Shown piece by piece: positions 8,165-15,867 of a stretch of 41,156 bases of DNA. The notes under the pieces are model-generated. The model made no database searches. It saw nothing but the letters and a program-made list of their open reading frames with translations, and was not told the origin of the DNA. The position numbers and the translations under genes were made by a program. Numbering within the stretch: position 1 is the first letter of the stretch; every line of letters begins with the position of its first letter. The DNA is from a virus: the UHGV virus genome UHGV-0247579, one strand, 5' to 3'.

Positions 8165-8484
8165 GATTTTTTCTCCTTTCTTGTCTCAAGATCCGATTCC
8201 CATTTTTCGGAATCAGGATAATATGCTGTTACGATCCAAAGTGTTTCCAAATTACTTCCAACTACTACGTGAAGGTATTGATTCTTGATCGAAAGACCAA
8301 GGATCAGACAACTTGGGAACGGATAGTCATCTGGGTATTGCTCAATTATTTTTCCACTTTGAATACAACTTATGACATCGTCTAGTAAAATTCCACGTTG
8401 CTCCAAACGTTTTGCCGCATGGAGTGTTATCTCAATATTTTCTAAAGAACATATTTCTTTTATAGAATCTATGGTAAGTTCCAA
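8161..8484 (-). CDS. DUF4258-family protein, putative toxin partner of the zinc-finger protein
   Basis: 107 aa with DUF4258-like motifs (HAAKRLEQRGI...LILG...LHVVVG...TAYYP). Confidence 0.55.
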   Translation of the reverse strand: MELTIDSIKEICSLENIEITLHAAKRLEQRGILLDDVISCIQSGKIIEQYPDDYPFPSCLILGLSIKNQYLHVVVGSNLETLWIVTAYYPDSEKWESDLETRKEKKS

Positions 8485-8502
8485 TAATGCACCTTCTTTC
8501 TT

Positions 8503-9048
8503 TTATTTCAATAAATCATCAATGCAGATCTCGAAATCCTCAAATATTTTTAATTTGAGAATATCGTGAAAAGGTACAATCACCGGCGCGACATCTTCCT
8601 CATATCGGTATACCGTTGTGCGTTCTCTGGCAGGATCCACAATCCAATACTCCCGAACACCTGCGTCAGTATAGAGCGTATTTTTGGTAGAATAATCCAT
8701 TTTACGGCTGCTCGGTGAAACGATTTCGATGATAAAGTCAGGTGCTCCTTCACAGCCACGGTGTGAAATTTTGTTAGAATTACAGACAATGCTAATATCA
8801 GGTTCTACATAGTTTGAATCATCGTCTTTAATGAAAACAGCAAATGGAGCAGGATAAACTTTACAATTACCGTGCTTTTTACTGATATAGTTTTGCAACT
8901 CAGTTGTAAATAAAGCAACTAATTCCTGATGCAATGGGGATGGCGGCGCCATGTTATAAATTTGTCCGTCAATCAGCTCCGCTCGTTGCCCATCTGGAAG
9001 AGCATAGATGTCATCGATTGTATGTGTAGTTGTTTTTAATAATGGCAT
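8503..9048 (-). CDS. Uma2-family (DUF820, PD-(D/E)xK-like) endonuclease
   Basis: 181 aa with the characteristic YALPDGQRAELIDGQIY...APP...H and PDFIIEIVSPSS...D...EYWIVDP motifs. Confidence 0.8.
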   Translation of the reverse strand: MPLLKTTTHTIDDIYALPDGQRAELIDGQIYNMAPPSPLHQELVALFTTELQNYISKKHGNCKVYPAPFAVFIKDDDSNYVEPDISIVCNSNKISHRGCEGAPDFIIEIVSPSSRKMDYSTKNTLYTDAGVREYWIVDPARERTTVYRYEEDVAPVIVPFHDILKLKIFEDFEICIDDLLK

Positions 9049-9231
9049 GATATCACATCCTTTCTTGATTTAATTTGAATTCTCCCAGTATTTTGTATTA
9101 TGTATAATCGACGAAACAGTTACACCTATCATGTAATTGCCTGCTGTGGAGCAGGGGGAGAAAAATTTACAATTTGTCTATTGATGTATACAATATATTT
9201 GAATATAATTAAGAAAAAAGGAGGGCTTGAT

Positions 9232-9486
9232 ATGAAAAAACATATTATTTATGTAGTAAATAGTTTAATTTTTATTTTATGTTTTCTTTTTATATTGAGC
9301 AGCTTTTTCAAAATTATATCACATACATGTATAGAAGCATATCTATCTGATTCTAATAGTCTAGTTATTGTTTGGATAGTTGGGATTGTTGTAGCAGTTA
9401 TTTTTACTCATCCTCTGTATCAGGAGATTCTTGCATGGAGGCTTCCTCTGAAAGAGTGGCTGCAGCTTCATCATCTAAAGCAATAG
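9232..9486 (+). CDS. Small membrane protein (85 aa)
   Basis: TTTACA-17-TACAAT promoter-like sequence and an AAAGGAGGG RBS upstream of the ATG. One strong TM helix. The 3' end overlaps the convergent 9404..10567 gene by about 80 bp, so the extent is uncertain. Confidence 0.35.
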   Translation: MKKHIIYVVNSLIFILCFLFILSSFFKIISHTCIEAYLSDSNSLVIVWIVGIVVAVIFTHPLYQEILAWRLPLKEWLQLHHLKQ

Positions 9487-10567
9487 GCTCGACTTCAAGA
9501 GCAACACATCCTGATGCTAAAGCATCAACTGGTCCACGTAAGGCTTCTGGATTGATTCCAGAGGCTTTAATTTTATTGTACAATTCGAGTTTCTTTTCAA
9601 GTACTTGCAATTCTTTTTCGTCTGCTTCGGCATGTTTTAATCTGTAATCATCTTTAGCTGATAAAATAGATTTTATAATTTCTATAATCCCTGGCAGTTT
9701 AAATGAAAAAGCGCTACCGCCACCTAGTAATATTAAAATTCCGAGTATGACAGTCCAGTTATTTGTCAAGAATTCTTTGACTTGATCTAATAAAAATATA
9801 ATGTCTCCCGGAGAGTTTAGTGTTACTTGAGTCGATATATTCTTTTCAGGAACTATTGATGATAAAAATTCCGTTGCTCCATAGAGAAGGCTATTAATAG
9901 AACGAGGACCAATAGGCGTTTGTTTTCGGACACTAAATACTACTGAAATATCATTTTCAAGCATGTAATAGTTGTACAAAGTATTTAATATTTGTTTGGC
10001 GTAGCTGTCTAAGCTTGAAATTCCGTGATAGTTTGAAATAGCTCTACATAAAGAATAGTTTAATTCTTCATTTTTTACAGTTCGAAGTAAAGTAATATGT
10101 CTTCTCTTTTTGTAAGGACATGACACATCGTTTATATCGACATCGTGGTTTTCGATTCGAAATATGATATTTTTTTCCAATTCTACAGTTTTGGTTTCGT
10201 CTTCAAAATAATCACCTGCAAGAGCAAAAGTAATATAGCTACTGCGTGCACTTGGAATAACTAGGATATCATCAGTATGTATTTCATTAATAAAAGAAAT
10301 ACATTTATTAATCACTGTAGAGGGACGTTGTATTTCATTGAACTCCATTAAGATATCATCTTTTAAAGAATCTCTGGAAGATTCGGAAAAGTCAGTGTTT
10401 TGAGTAATATTATTCCAAGCTAATGCAACAAAGCGCTTCGAAATAAACTCATTATAAAAATACCCTTTTTTTGTTCTTATCATCCAAAATCTTTTAGTGC
10501 GTGGAATAACAGGAACCGAAAAAGTATCAATCCAATTTAGCACTTCATTTTCTTCATGTAATTCCAT
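9404..10567 (-). CDS. Unknown 387-aa protein: about 270-aa N-terminal cytoplasmic domain, one TM segment, then a coiled-coil / acidic tail. Candidate superinfection-exclusion or abortive-infection factor
   Basis: Long ORF with RBS GGAGAAAAGAGGAGAAAATATT before the ATG. TM helix WTVILGILILLGGGSAFSF. AT-rich relative to the flanks. No family recognised from sequence. Confidence 0.6.
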   Translation of the reverse strand: MELHEENEVLNWIDTFSVPVIPRTKRFWMIRTKKGYFYNEFISKRFVALAWNNITQNTDFSESSRDSLKDDILMEFNEIQRPSTVINKCISFINEIHTDDILVIPSARSSYITFALAGDYFEDETKTVELEKNIIFRIENHDVDINDVSCPYKKRRHITLLRTVKNEELNYSLCRAISNYHGISSLDSYAKQILNTLYNYYMLENDISVVFSVRKQTPIGPRSINSLLYGATEFLSSIVPEKNISTQVTLNSPGDIIFLLDQVKEFLTNNWTVILGILILLGGGSAFSFKLPGIIEIIKSILSAKDDYRLKHAEADEKELQVLEKKLELYNKIKASGINPEALRGPVDALASGCVALEVEPIALDDEAAATLSEEASMQESPDTEDE

Positions 10568-10631
10568 AATATTTTCTCCTCTTTTCTCCTGTACCTTAAC
10601 ACCACTTTACTCTATATAAACGCCGAAGTGG

Positions 10632-11117
10632 TTATATCATTTCCATAACTGCTAAATTAGGAATAAAATAAATAACATAATTATCTAAAGTAGTATATTC
10701 ACCATATTTTCCTTTGTAACAGTCAATGGCTTCTTGCAGATACGTTTCTGTGACATGAAGATGTTCTGCAATCTCGTATCTATTCTGGCATCCAGCATTA
10801 AAAGCGGATATAATACCACGCAATCCGATCATCCGGTTATATCCATATAATCGTGCTTGTTGTTCCTGCTTTCTATTCCACGTATCTTTCATATCAAGGA
10901 TATTGCCTATAGATGTAAAATTGTGCCCAAGCTCTTCAGCGAGAACGCAGGCTTTTTCTGCAGATGTTTCCAAGTTATTTGATATTGCAATTCTGTTTCT
11001 ATATATTAGTCCATCGCTGCTGGATAGAGCCTTTTCGCGGACGATAAGTCCGCTGTTATTCGCCTCTTCTAAAAGCTCTTCATAAATTGTCATTGTATCA
11101 CTCCCATTCAGAGTCAT
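10632..11117 (-). CDS. ImmA/IrrE-family metallopeptidase (anti-repressor protease)
   Basis: 161 aa with an HEXXH-like motif AEELGHNF. Directly downstream of, and overlapping, the XRE repressor gene, as in ImmR/ImmA modules. Start uncertain. Confidence 0.75.
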   Translation of the reverse strand: MTLNGSDTMTIYEELLEEANNSGLIVREKALSSSDGLIYRNRIAISNNLETSAEKACVLAEELGHNFTSIGNILDMKDTWNRKQEQQARLYGYNRMIGLRGIISAFNAGCQNRYEIAEHLHVTETYLQEAIDCYKGKYGEYTTLDNYVIYFIPNLAVMEMI

Positions 11118-11595
11118 TCATCATAATGTCTTGATCATGTTTTCTCATTTCATCTGTTACTTTAATGTCGGTTCGTTCATGAGCTGCTAATACTTCTAAA
11201 TGTTTGTTGGATTGCTCAGGACATATGTTATATACTTTTGCCTCTTTTATTTCAGAAGTAGATATTGAATTTTCATATTCCTTATCTAAAACAAAATCAA
11301 CAACTTCTTTTCCGTGTGGGTTTAATTTGCGGTAGCGTTCTATGATGGTCCATTCCTTATTTGTGAATAATACATCTTCAACAGTATTTGAAAAAGTTTC
11401 CATTATATTATTACATTTGTAAATTTGGCAAAGCGCTAAGAACATGTCTGCATTTGCGGAGTTACGTCCACTTTCGTAGCCATAGAGTGTTTTATCAGAA
11501 ATATCAATATTAAAATTCTTCAGTCTATCAGCAACCTCTTTTCGAGTCATATTATTATTTTCTCTAAGAAGTTTTAACTTTTCTCCGATATTCAT
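11098..11595 (-). CDS. XRE-family HTH repressor (cI/ImmR-like)
   Basis: 165 aa with an N-terminal HTH (IGEKLKLLRENNNMTRKEVADRL...LYGYESG). Divergent from a Cro-like gene. Confidence 0.8.
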   Translation of the reverse strand: MNIGEKLKLLRENNNMTRKEVADRLKNFNIDISDKTLYGYESGRNSANADMFLALCQIYKCNNIMETFSNTVEDVLFTNKEWTIIERYRKLNPHGKEVVDFVLDKEYENSISTSEIKEAKVYNICPEQSNKHLEVLAAHERTDIKVTDEMRKHDQDIMMNDSEWE

Positions 11596-11690
11596 ATTAT
11601 CTCCACCTCACTTTTTCTTCAATATAACAAAAAATCTTGTGATAGTCAATTATATATCTTTGAAATAGAGAAAAATGTTTGTAAAATGTG

Positions 11691-11725
11691 TTGACAATCT
11701 CTAAAACAAAGAATATAATAATGCC
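11691..11725 (+). promoter_or_regulatory. Consensus promoter for the cro-like gene, with flanking short inverted repeats (candidate operators)
   Basis: TTGACA-17 bp-TATAAT. The inverted repeat ACAAAGAA...TTCTTTGT brackets the -10. Approximate coordinates. Confidence 0.55.
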
Positions 11726-11759
11726 AAGTTCTTTGTAACAGAGAAAAGAGGTGGTGAAA

Positions 11760-11981
11760 ATGGGAGCTACGAAGAATGTAGCAAGATATGTACAAGAGAA
11801 AGCAATAAATCTATCTGCAATGTCAAGGGCAACGGGGATTCCATATAGTGCTTTGTACGACAGTCTTGCGAATAAAAAAAGGGAACGGCCATTATCTATG
11901 GATGAAGCAATTATTATATGTAAATTTCTTGGAGTGAACCCGATGGATTTTGCAGAGGAGAAACAGAATGAAAGAAAATGA
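11760..11981 (+). CDS. Cro-like XRE-family HTH regulator
   Basis: 73 aa from the ATG at 11760 (RBS AAGAGGTGGTG). HTH segment NLSAMSRATGIPYSALYDSL. Confidence 0.7.
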   Translation: MGATKNVARYVQEKAINLSAMSRATGIPYSALYDSLANKKRERPLSMDEAIIICKFLGVNPMDFAEEKQNERK

Positions 11982-12129
11982 AAAAATGGAAGTACAGGTA
12001 TTAGTTCATACAGAAGATGCTTGTGAAAAAGTAAAAGAGCTGATAGAAGAATTGAAAAAAGCCAATTCATTAGCAGATGAATTGGCCGAAAAAATAAAAG
12101 ATAACCTAAAAATTGATATCAAGATCTAA
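11968..12129 (+). CDS. Small coiled-coil protein (53 aa)
   Basis: ATG overlaps the end of the cro-like gene. Charged helical sequence. Short ORF, not in the track. Confidence 0.3.
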   Translation: MKENEKMEVQVLVHTEDACEKVKELIEELKKANSLADELAEKIKDNLKIDIKI

Positions 12130-12303
12130 TACAACTTCGTTTTCACAATGCGGACAAATATTATTGCCAGGATAGGCATCAAACAATTTTTCGCAATGTG
12201 GACATTCAACCTCATAAGAATCTGATAATAAAGATTCTTTAGTCTGATCTATGATGTCAGACATAATTTCATCAGGATTGAAATCTGTTTTGAATGTAAT
12301 CAT
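12106..12303 (-). CDS. Small zinc-ribbon protein (CPHC...CPHC)
   Basis: Two CxxC pairs. Internal start MITFK chosen (track ORF 12106..12321). Confidence 0.45.
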   Translation of the reverse strand: MITFKTDFNPDEIMSDIIDQTKESLLSDSYEVECPHCEKLFDAYPGNNICPHCENEVVLDLDINF

Positions 12304-12511
12304 TAAATCACCGCCTTTCATACAAAATTAAAACAAATGTTCTTCGAGTAGAATAATACTAAAAATTTTGCGTGTCAAGAAAAATACTAAATACTGTGTA
12401 AAAAAATACTGTTGACGCAAGATATAGTGAAAAAGGTGAGTGGTGAGAATGCAAGAAATTGATGGAGGAAGAATATCAAATTATCTGTAGGAAATTTCTG
12501 ATACAGGAATT

Positions 12512-12622
12512 ATGAAGTCTACGTTTACAGACTGGAAAAGAGGCAGGAGTAAACCTAAAGCAGAAAAACTAAAAATCCTAGCAGATTACTTCGGGGTATC
12601 AGTGGATTATTTTCTTGAGTAG
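12512..12622 (+). pseudogene. Remnant of an XRE-HTH gene (C-terminal half only: ...STFTDWKRGRSKPKAEKLKILADYFGVSVDYFLE)
   Basis: Only helix 3 plus the tail of an HTH_3 domain is encoded. The upstream frame is interrupted by a stop (MQEIDGGRISNYL*). Confidence 0.45.
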
Positions 12623-12636
12623 GAAGCGAGGAAGAA

Positions 12637-12828
12637 ATGGGAATACGAAAAGAGATCATAGTATATGTAGACAAAGAGTTGACGAAAAAGGAGAGAAAAA
12701 ATTATAAAAAAGAAAATCCAGGTAAACGTCTGTGCTTTCGGTTGCGTTACCCGAATTTTCTTAAGTACCTTATGTTGATATCATATGCAGTACTTTTTCT
12801 TAGTGCAATGATAAGAATCCTACAATGA
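12637..12828 (+). CDS. Hypothetical small protein (63 aa) with a C-terminal hydrophobic segment
   Basis: Preceded by the junction repeat and RBS GAGGAAG. ATG start. Confidence 0.4.
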   Translation: MGIRKEIIVYVDKELTKKERKNYKKENPGKRLCFRLRYPNFLKYLMLISYAVLFLSAMIRILQ

Positions 12829-13147
12829 CGGAAATTAAGGCGATCAATGTACCAATCATCCATCTGCGGGATCCGCGTAACTCTGTTTCAATCAGAACAT
12901 CTCCAGATGGGAGAGTGATGAGATAACCATCCAGGCCATTGTATTCTAATCCTTTGTCTGGAGAATCATCCATTTTGCAAGCCACAGAACGGCAAGAAAT
13001 AAATTTTTGATCAATGAGTTGAGGGATAATCTCATCTGCGTAGTTTCTATCTATACCTCTATGTTTAAAACATAGCAAATCCAAACAAGAAACATAAGGG
13101 TGTTTATAAATATATTTCAAAATACGAATGGATTTCTTATTTAGCAT
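12800..13147 (-). CDS. Hypothetical protein (115 aa) with a C-terminal TM helix
   Basis: RBS AAAGGAGA 8 nt before the internal ATG (MLNKKSIRILKYIY...). Track ORF 12800..13177. Confidence 0.4.
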   Translation of the reverse strand: MLNKKSIRILKYIYKHPYVSCLDLLCFKHRGIDRNYADEIIPQLIDQKFISCRSVACKMDDSPDKGLEYNGLDGYLITLPSGDVLIETELRGSRRWMIGTLIALISVIVGFLSLH

Positions 13148-13312
13148 CGGAGCATCTCCTTTCATAATACTCGGCATTGGCAGATGCCTGTATCTACAGT
13201 ATAGGAGACAAAAGGGTAAAAGACAACAGATATGAAGTTTATTGAAAGAAGTATGTTAGGGAAAACAGGTGTAAGTGTTGAGTATTTTGGGAGTAGGAAG
13301 CGAGGAGAGGAA

Positions 13313-13490
13313 GATGGTGAGAAAAAGAAAAAGACATATAGGAGTTGATTTGGTAATAACAACTATATGCCTTATGGCTATTACAACATTATTAGGAAAG
13401 GAGATAAATCTTACAAAGTTAGATATTACATACTTATATATGATTGTTTTTCTATGCGTTCAATCAATTAGTCAAAAAGGAGGAGATTAA
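13313..13490 (+). CDS. Hypothetical small membrane protein (58 aa)
   Basis: ATG preceded by the junction repeat and AGGAGAGGAAG. Two hydrophobic helices. Confidence 0.35.
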
Positions 13491-13991
13491 TGCTTTGATT
13501 TCTTCACTATAAAGATTTAAGAAGTAAGCAATCAACCATCCAATTAAATTTACAAATTTGGTAGAACCTTCTTTGAAATCAAATCCTATCCAGTTAAGAA
13601 ACGTGGAAGGGATACGAAGAAACTTTTTTATGGAAACAATAGGGTTCAATGCCTTTAAGAAATTTGAAACAGCATAATTACGTTCCATACGAATATCGTT
13701 ATAAATTCGGATTGCATTTGCGTAAGTAGTTTCTTGAGAAGCGCCGTATTCGAGAGTTGGGGTATAAAATCCGCAATATTTAACAATTTTGGGATAATAA
13801 AATAACAAACTATTAAGAGAATCGGCGTAATCATCAAGCAAAACAAGCGCTCTGTGAGAGCTAGGTTTTGCAGATGCTAGGTATTTTTCTATGACATTAA
13901 TTATGGAATCAATATCTTTGATTTTAAAGAAAGAGTGAAAAATGGTGCATATGTAAATTAAAGTTGGGATAGTAAGTAAATATTTAAGCAT
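13464..13991 (-). CDS. Hypothetical protein (175 aa), N-terminal signal/TM, AT-rich
   Basis: RBS AAAGGAAATAACT before the ATG (MLKYLLTIPTLIY...). Track ORF 13464..14207, trimmed to the internal start. Confidence 0.4.
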   Translation of the reverse strand: MLKYLLTIPTLIYICTIFHSFFKIKDIDSIINVIEKYLASAKPSSHRALVLLDDYADSLNSLLFYYPKIVKYCGFYTPTLEYGASQETTYANAIRIYNDIRMERNYAVSNFLKALNPIVSIKKFLRIPSTFLNWIGFDFKEGSTKFVNLIGWLIAYFLNLYSEEIKALISSFLTN

Positions 13992-14152
13992 AGTTATTTC
14001 CTTTCGATATTTTGTATGAACAGTATAACATGTGGAAAACAAGAATGTAACTACTGAGTATTTTTTGGAGTAGGAACAGGAAAGCAACTCGGAAATAAAG
14101 GCTGATGGACAACATACATAGGACAACCAACCTGCATACATAATAGCGAGGT

Positions 14153-14311
14153 GATGATTTTGATCGTAGAAACAGTAAAAGTAAAAAATGCAACAATCCG
14201 GGTACATGATGACTGTTATGCAGAACGAACAGAAGAAGAGGTGAAAAGCCTGATAGACGGATGCTGCAGGATCATCCAGGAGGCATTATTACGAAAAGAG
14301 AAAACCGCCTG
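14153..14311 (+). CDS. Hypothetical small protein (52 aa)
   Basis: RBS GAGGTG before the ATG. Follows the third junction repeat. Confidence 0.3.
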
Positions 14312-14336
14312 AAGGCGGGGGAAGGTGGACAAACAT

Positions 14337-14561
14337 ATGAAAAACAAAAGATTAACCATACAGCGAATCGATAAGTTTATAAAGGAACTAAGCTTGACCG
14401 AAAGAGTAAATGGCTACTCGGAACAGCAGAAACAGCATGCGATTGCCTGTTTAAACAATTACTGCAGGGAGTTGGAGTATCAAGGAAGAAAATCAGTAAA
14501 AATCAAAGGAGCGACCAATGGACCAGAGAATCTTGAACATGACGGCAGGACAAGTCATTGA
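14337..14561 (+). CDS. Hypothetical early protein (74 aa)
   Basis: RBS GGGGGAAGGTGG before the ATG at 14337. Confidence 0.45.
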   Translation: MKNKRLTIQRIDKFIKELSLTERVNGYSEQQKQHAIACLNNYCRELEYQGRKSVKIKGATNGPENLEHDGRTSH

Positions 14562-14675
14562 GTACAGCAGGCTTGTCAGCAGAAGAGAGGAACTGCGGCA
14601 GTTTCCGGAAGAGGAAGGAGCTGTTGCAGAGTTGAAGCTAATCGAAGAAAGGATCAAAGAACTTGGATTTGAATG
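14517..14675 (+). CDS. Hypothetical small protein (52 aa)
   Basis: Strong RBS AAAGGAG 6 nt before the ATG. Overlaps the 3' end of the previous ORF. Confidence 0.35.
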
Positions 14676-14697
14676 AAGAGAAGGAGAGGAAACAGAT

Positions 14698-14982
14698 ATG
14701 GATCATTCGCTGGAAATCCGGAAAGATCCGGAGCGAGTATGGGACGTACCAGGAAGCGAAGCAGGTAGCAGAAGAGATCGGGGGAGAGTACATCATCGTA
14801 TGAGTTTCCGAAAGAGAAGACAGCTTCGGTATGTAGAAGAATTACTGAGGATCCTGGAAGCCACATTGGGAATCTGTGCGGTCATGCTGATGGGAACCGG
14901 ATCCTTATGGATAGGGATGATCATCATGACAGCAGGATTAGAACTCAGCTGCAGGTACATAGAAAAAAGCATAAAAAATTAG
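14698..14982 (+). CDS. Hypothetical membrane protein (94 aa)
   Basis: RBS GAGAGGAAACAGATATG. C-terminal TM helices. Confidence 0.45.
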   Translation: MDHSLEIRKDPERVWDVPGSEAGSRRDRGRVHHRMSFRKRRQLRYVEELLRILEATLGICAVMLMGTGSLWIGMIIMTAGLELSCRYIEKSIKN

Positions 14983-15006
14983 TGCATCTGCCGCAAACAG
15001 ATGCAC
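14982..15006 (+). terminator. Perfect 9-bp stem hairpin terminator
   Basis: GTGCATCTG-ccgcaaa-CAGATGCAC, followed by a T-containing tract. Confidence 0.5.
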
Positions 15007-15012
15007 CGGATA

Positions 15013-15115
15013 TTTTGCCAATACAAACAAAATAAAAACTCATTTATATTGTACACCTGTATTGGCAAAATGTCAAAGAAAATGAGAGCAAAAAGCTCCC
15101 GTTTTTCACTTGATA
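15013..15115 (+). promoter_or_regulatory. Putative rolling-circle double-strand origin: 13-bp perfect inverted repeat plus a CTTGATA nick-type motif upstream of rep
   Basis: TTTTGCCAATACA (15013-15025) pairs with TGTATTGGCAAAA (15058-15070). CTTGATA at about 15109-15115 matches the pC194/pUB110-family nick sequence, and the Rep gene starts at 15144. Confidence 0.45.
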
Positions 15116-15143
15116 AGTATATTAAACTTAGGAGCAAAACAGG

Positions 15144-15866
15144 ATGTATAAACAAAAGAGTTATGACCTGGGAGACATCAGAGAAGTGATGGAGTATCAC
15201 AATGGGAGATATGGTGCTCCGGGAATGCCGAGAATGAAAAAGAAGAAAGCCACACCGGAGCAGATCCGAAAGGTGAATCAGTGGAATAAAGAACGGCAGT
15301 GCTGGAGAAAGATGAAGCTGAATTTCCAGGAGAATGACTACTGGGTGACATTGACTTATAAATTGGAGAACCGGCCACAGGATATGAAAGAAGCGGTCAA
15401 AGACATACGAAAGTGGATTCAGAAAGTACGTGCACAATACAAAAAACAGGAAGTGGAGTTGAAATGGATGCTGCATACCGAGATTGGAAGCCGGGGTGGG
15501 GTTCATCACCATCTGGTCATCAACCGGATTCCGGATGCAGATCTGATCATGCGCAAAGCATGGGAAAAGGGAGGCGTCCACATCGATCTGTTGTATGACG
15601 AGGGCGGATTGCGGAAACTGGCTGAGTATTTAAGTAAAACGCCGGACGGAGAAAACAAGCTGAAAGAGAGTCGGTACTCCTGCAGCAGGAATTTAAAGAT
15701 TCCAGTGGCAGAAGTGAAGGTTTACAAAAGGAAAACATGGAAAGACGAACCGAAGCCGCAAAAAGGATACTATCTTGACAAAGAAACGTATCATGAGGGA
15801 ATCAATCCGGTAACAGGATATAAATACCGAAGATACATCCTGATCCGTTTGAACAGGAGAATTTGA
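15144..15866 (+). CDS. HUH-superfamily rolling-circle replication initiator (Rep_1, pC194/pUB110-like)
   Basis: Motif 1 WVTLTY (FLTLT-like), motif 2 GGVHHHLVIN (HUH), motif 3 region KLAEYLSKT (E..Y..K). Confidence 0.65.
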   Translation: MYKQKSYDLGDIREVMEYHNGRYGAPGMPRMKKKKATPEQIRKVNQWNKERQCWRKMKLNFQENDYWVTLTYKLENRPQDMKEAVKDIRKWIQKVRAQYKKQEVELKWMLHTEIGSRGGVHHHLVINRIPDADLIMRKAWEKGGVHIDLLYDEGGLRKLAEYLSKTPDGENKLKESRYSCSRNLKIPVAEVKVYKRKTWKDEPKPQKGYYLDKETYHEGINPVTGYKYRRYILIRLNRRI

Positions 15867-15867
15867 T

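Noticed and set aside
11597-12070. 157-aa ORF on the minus strand spanning the cro promoter and cro gene
   Set aside because: It would run antisense through a consensus promoter and an HTH gene. Hydrophobic low-complexity translation typical of AT-rich spurious frames.
12330-12450. Possible promoter TTGACG...TATAGT upstream of the HTH remnant
   Set aside because: The spacing between the candidate -35 and -10 elements is far from 17 bp, and the downstream gene is a fragment. Not reportable as a promoter.
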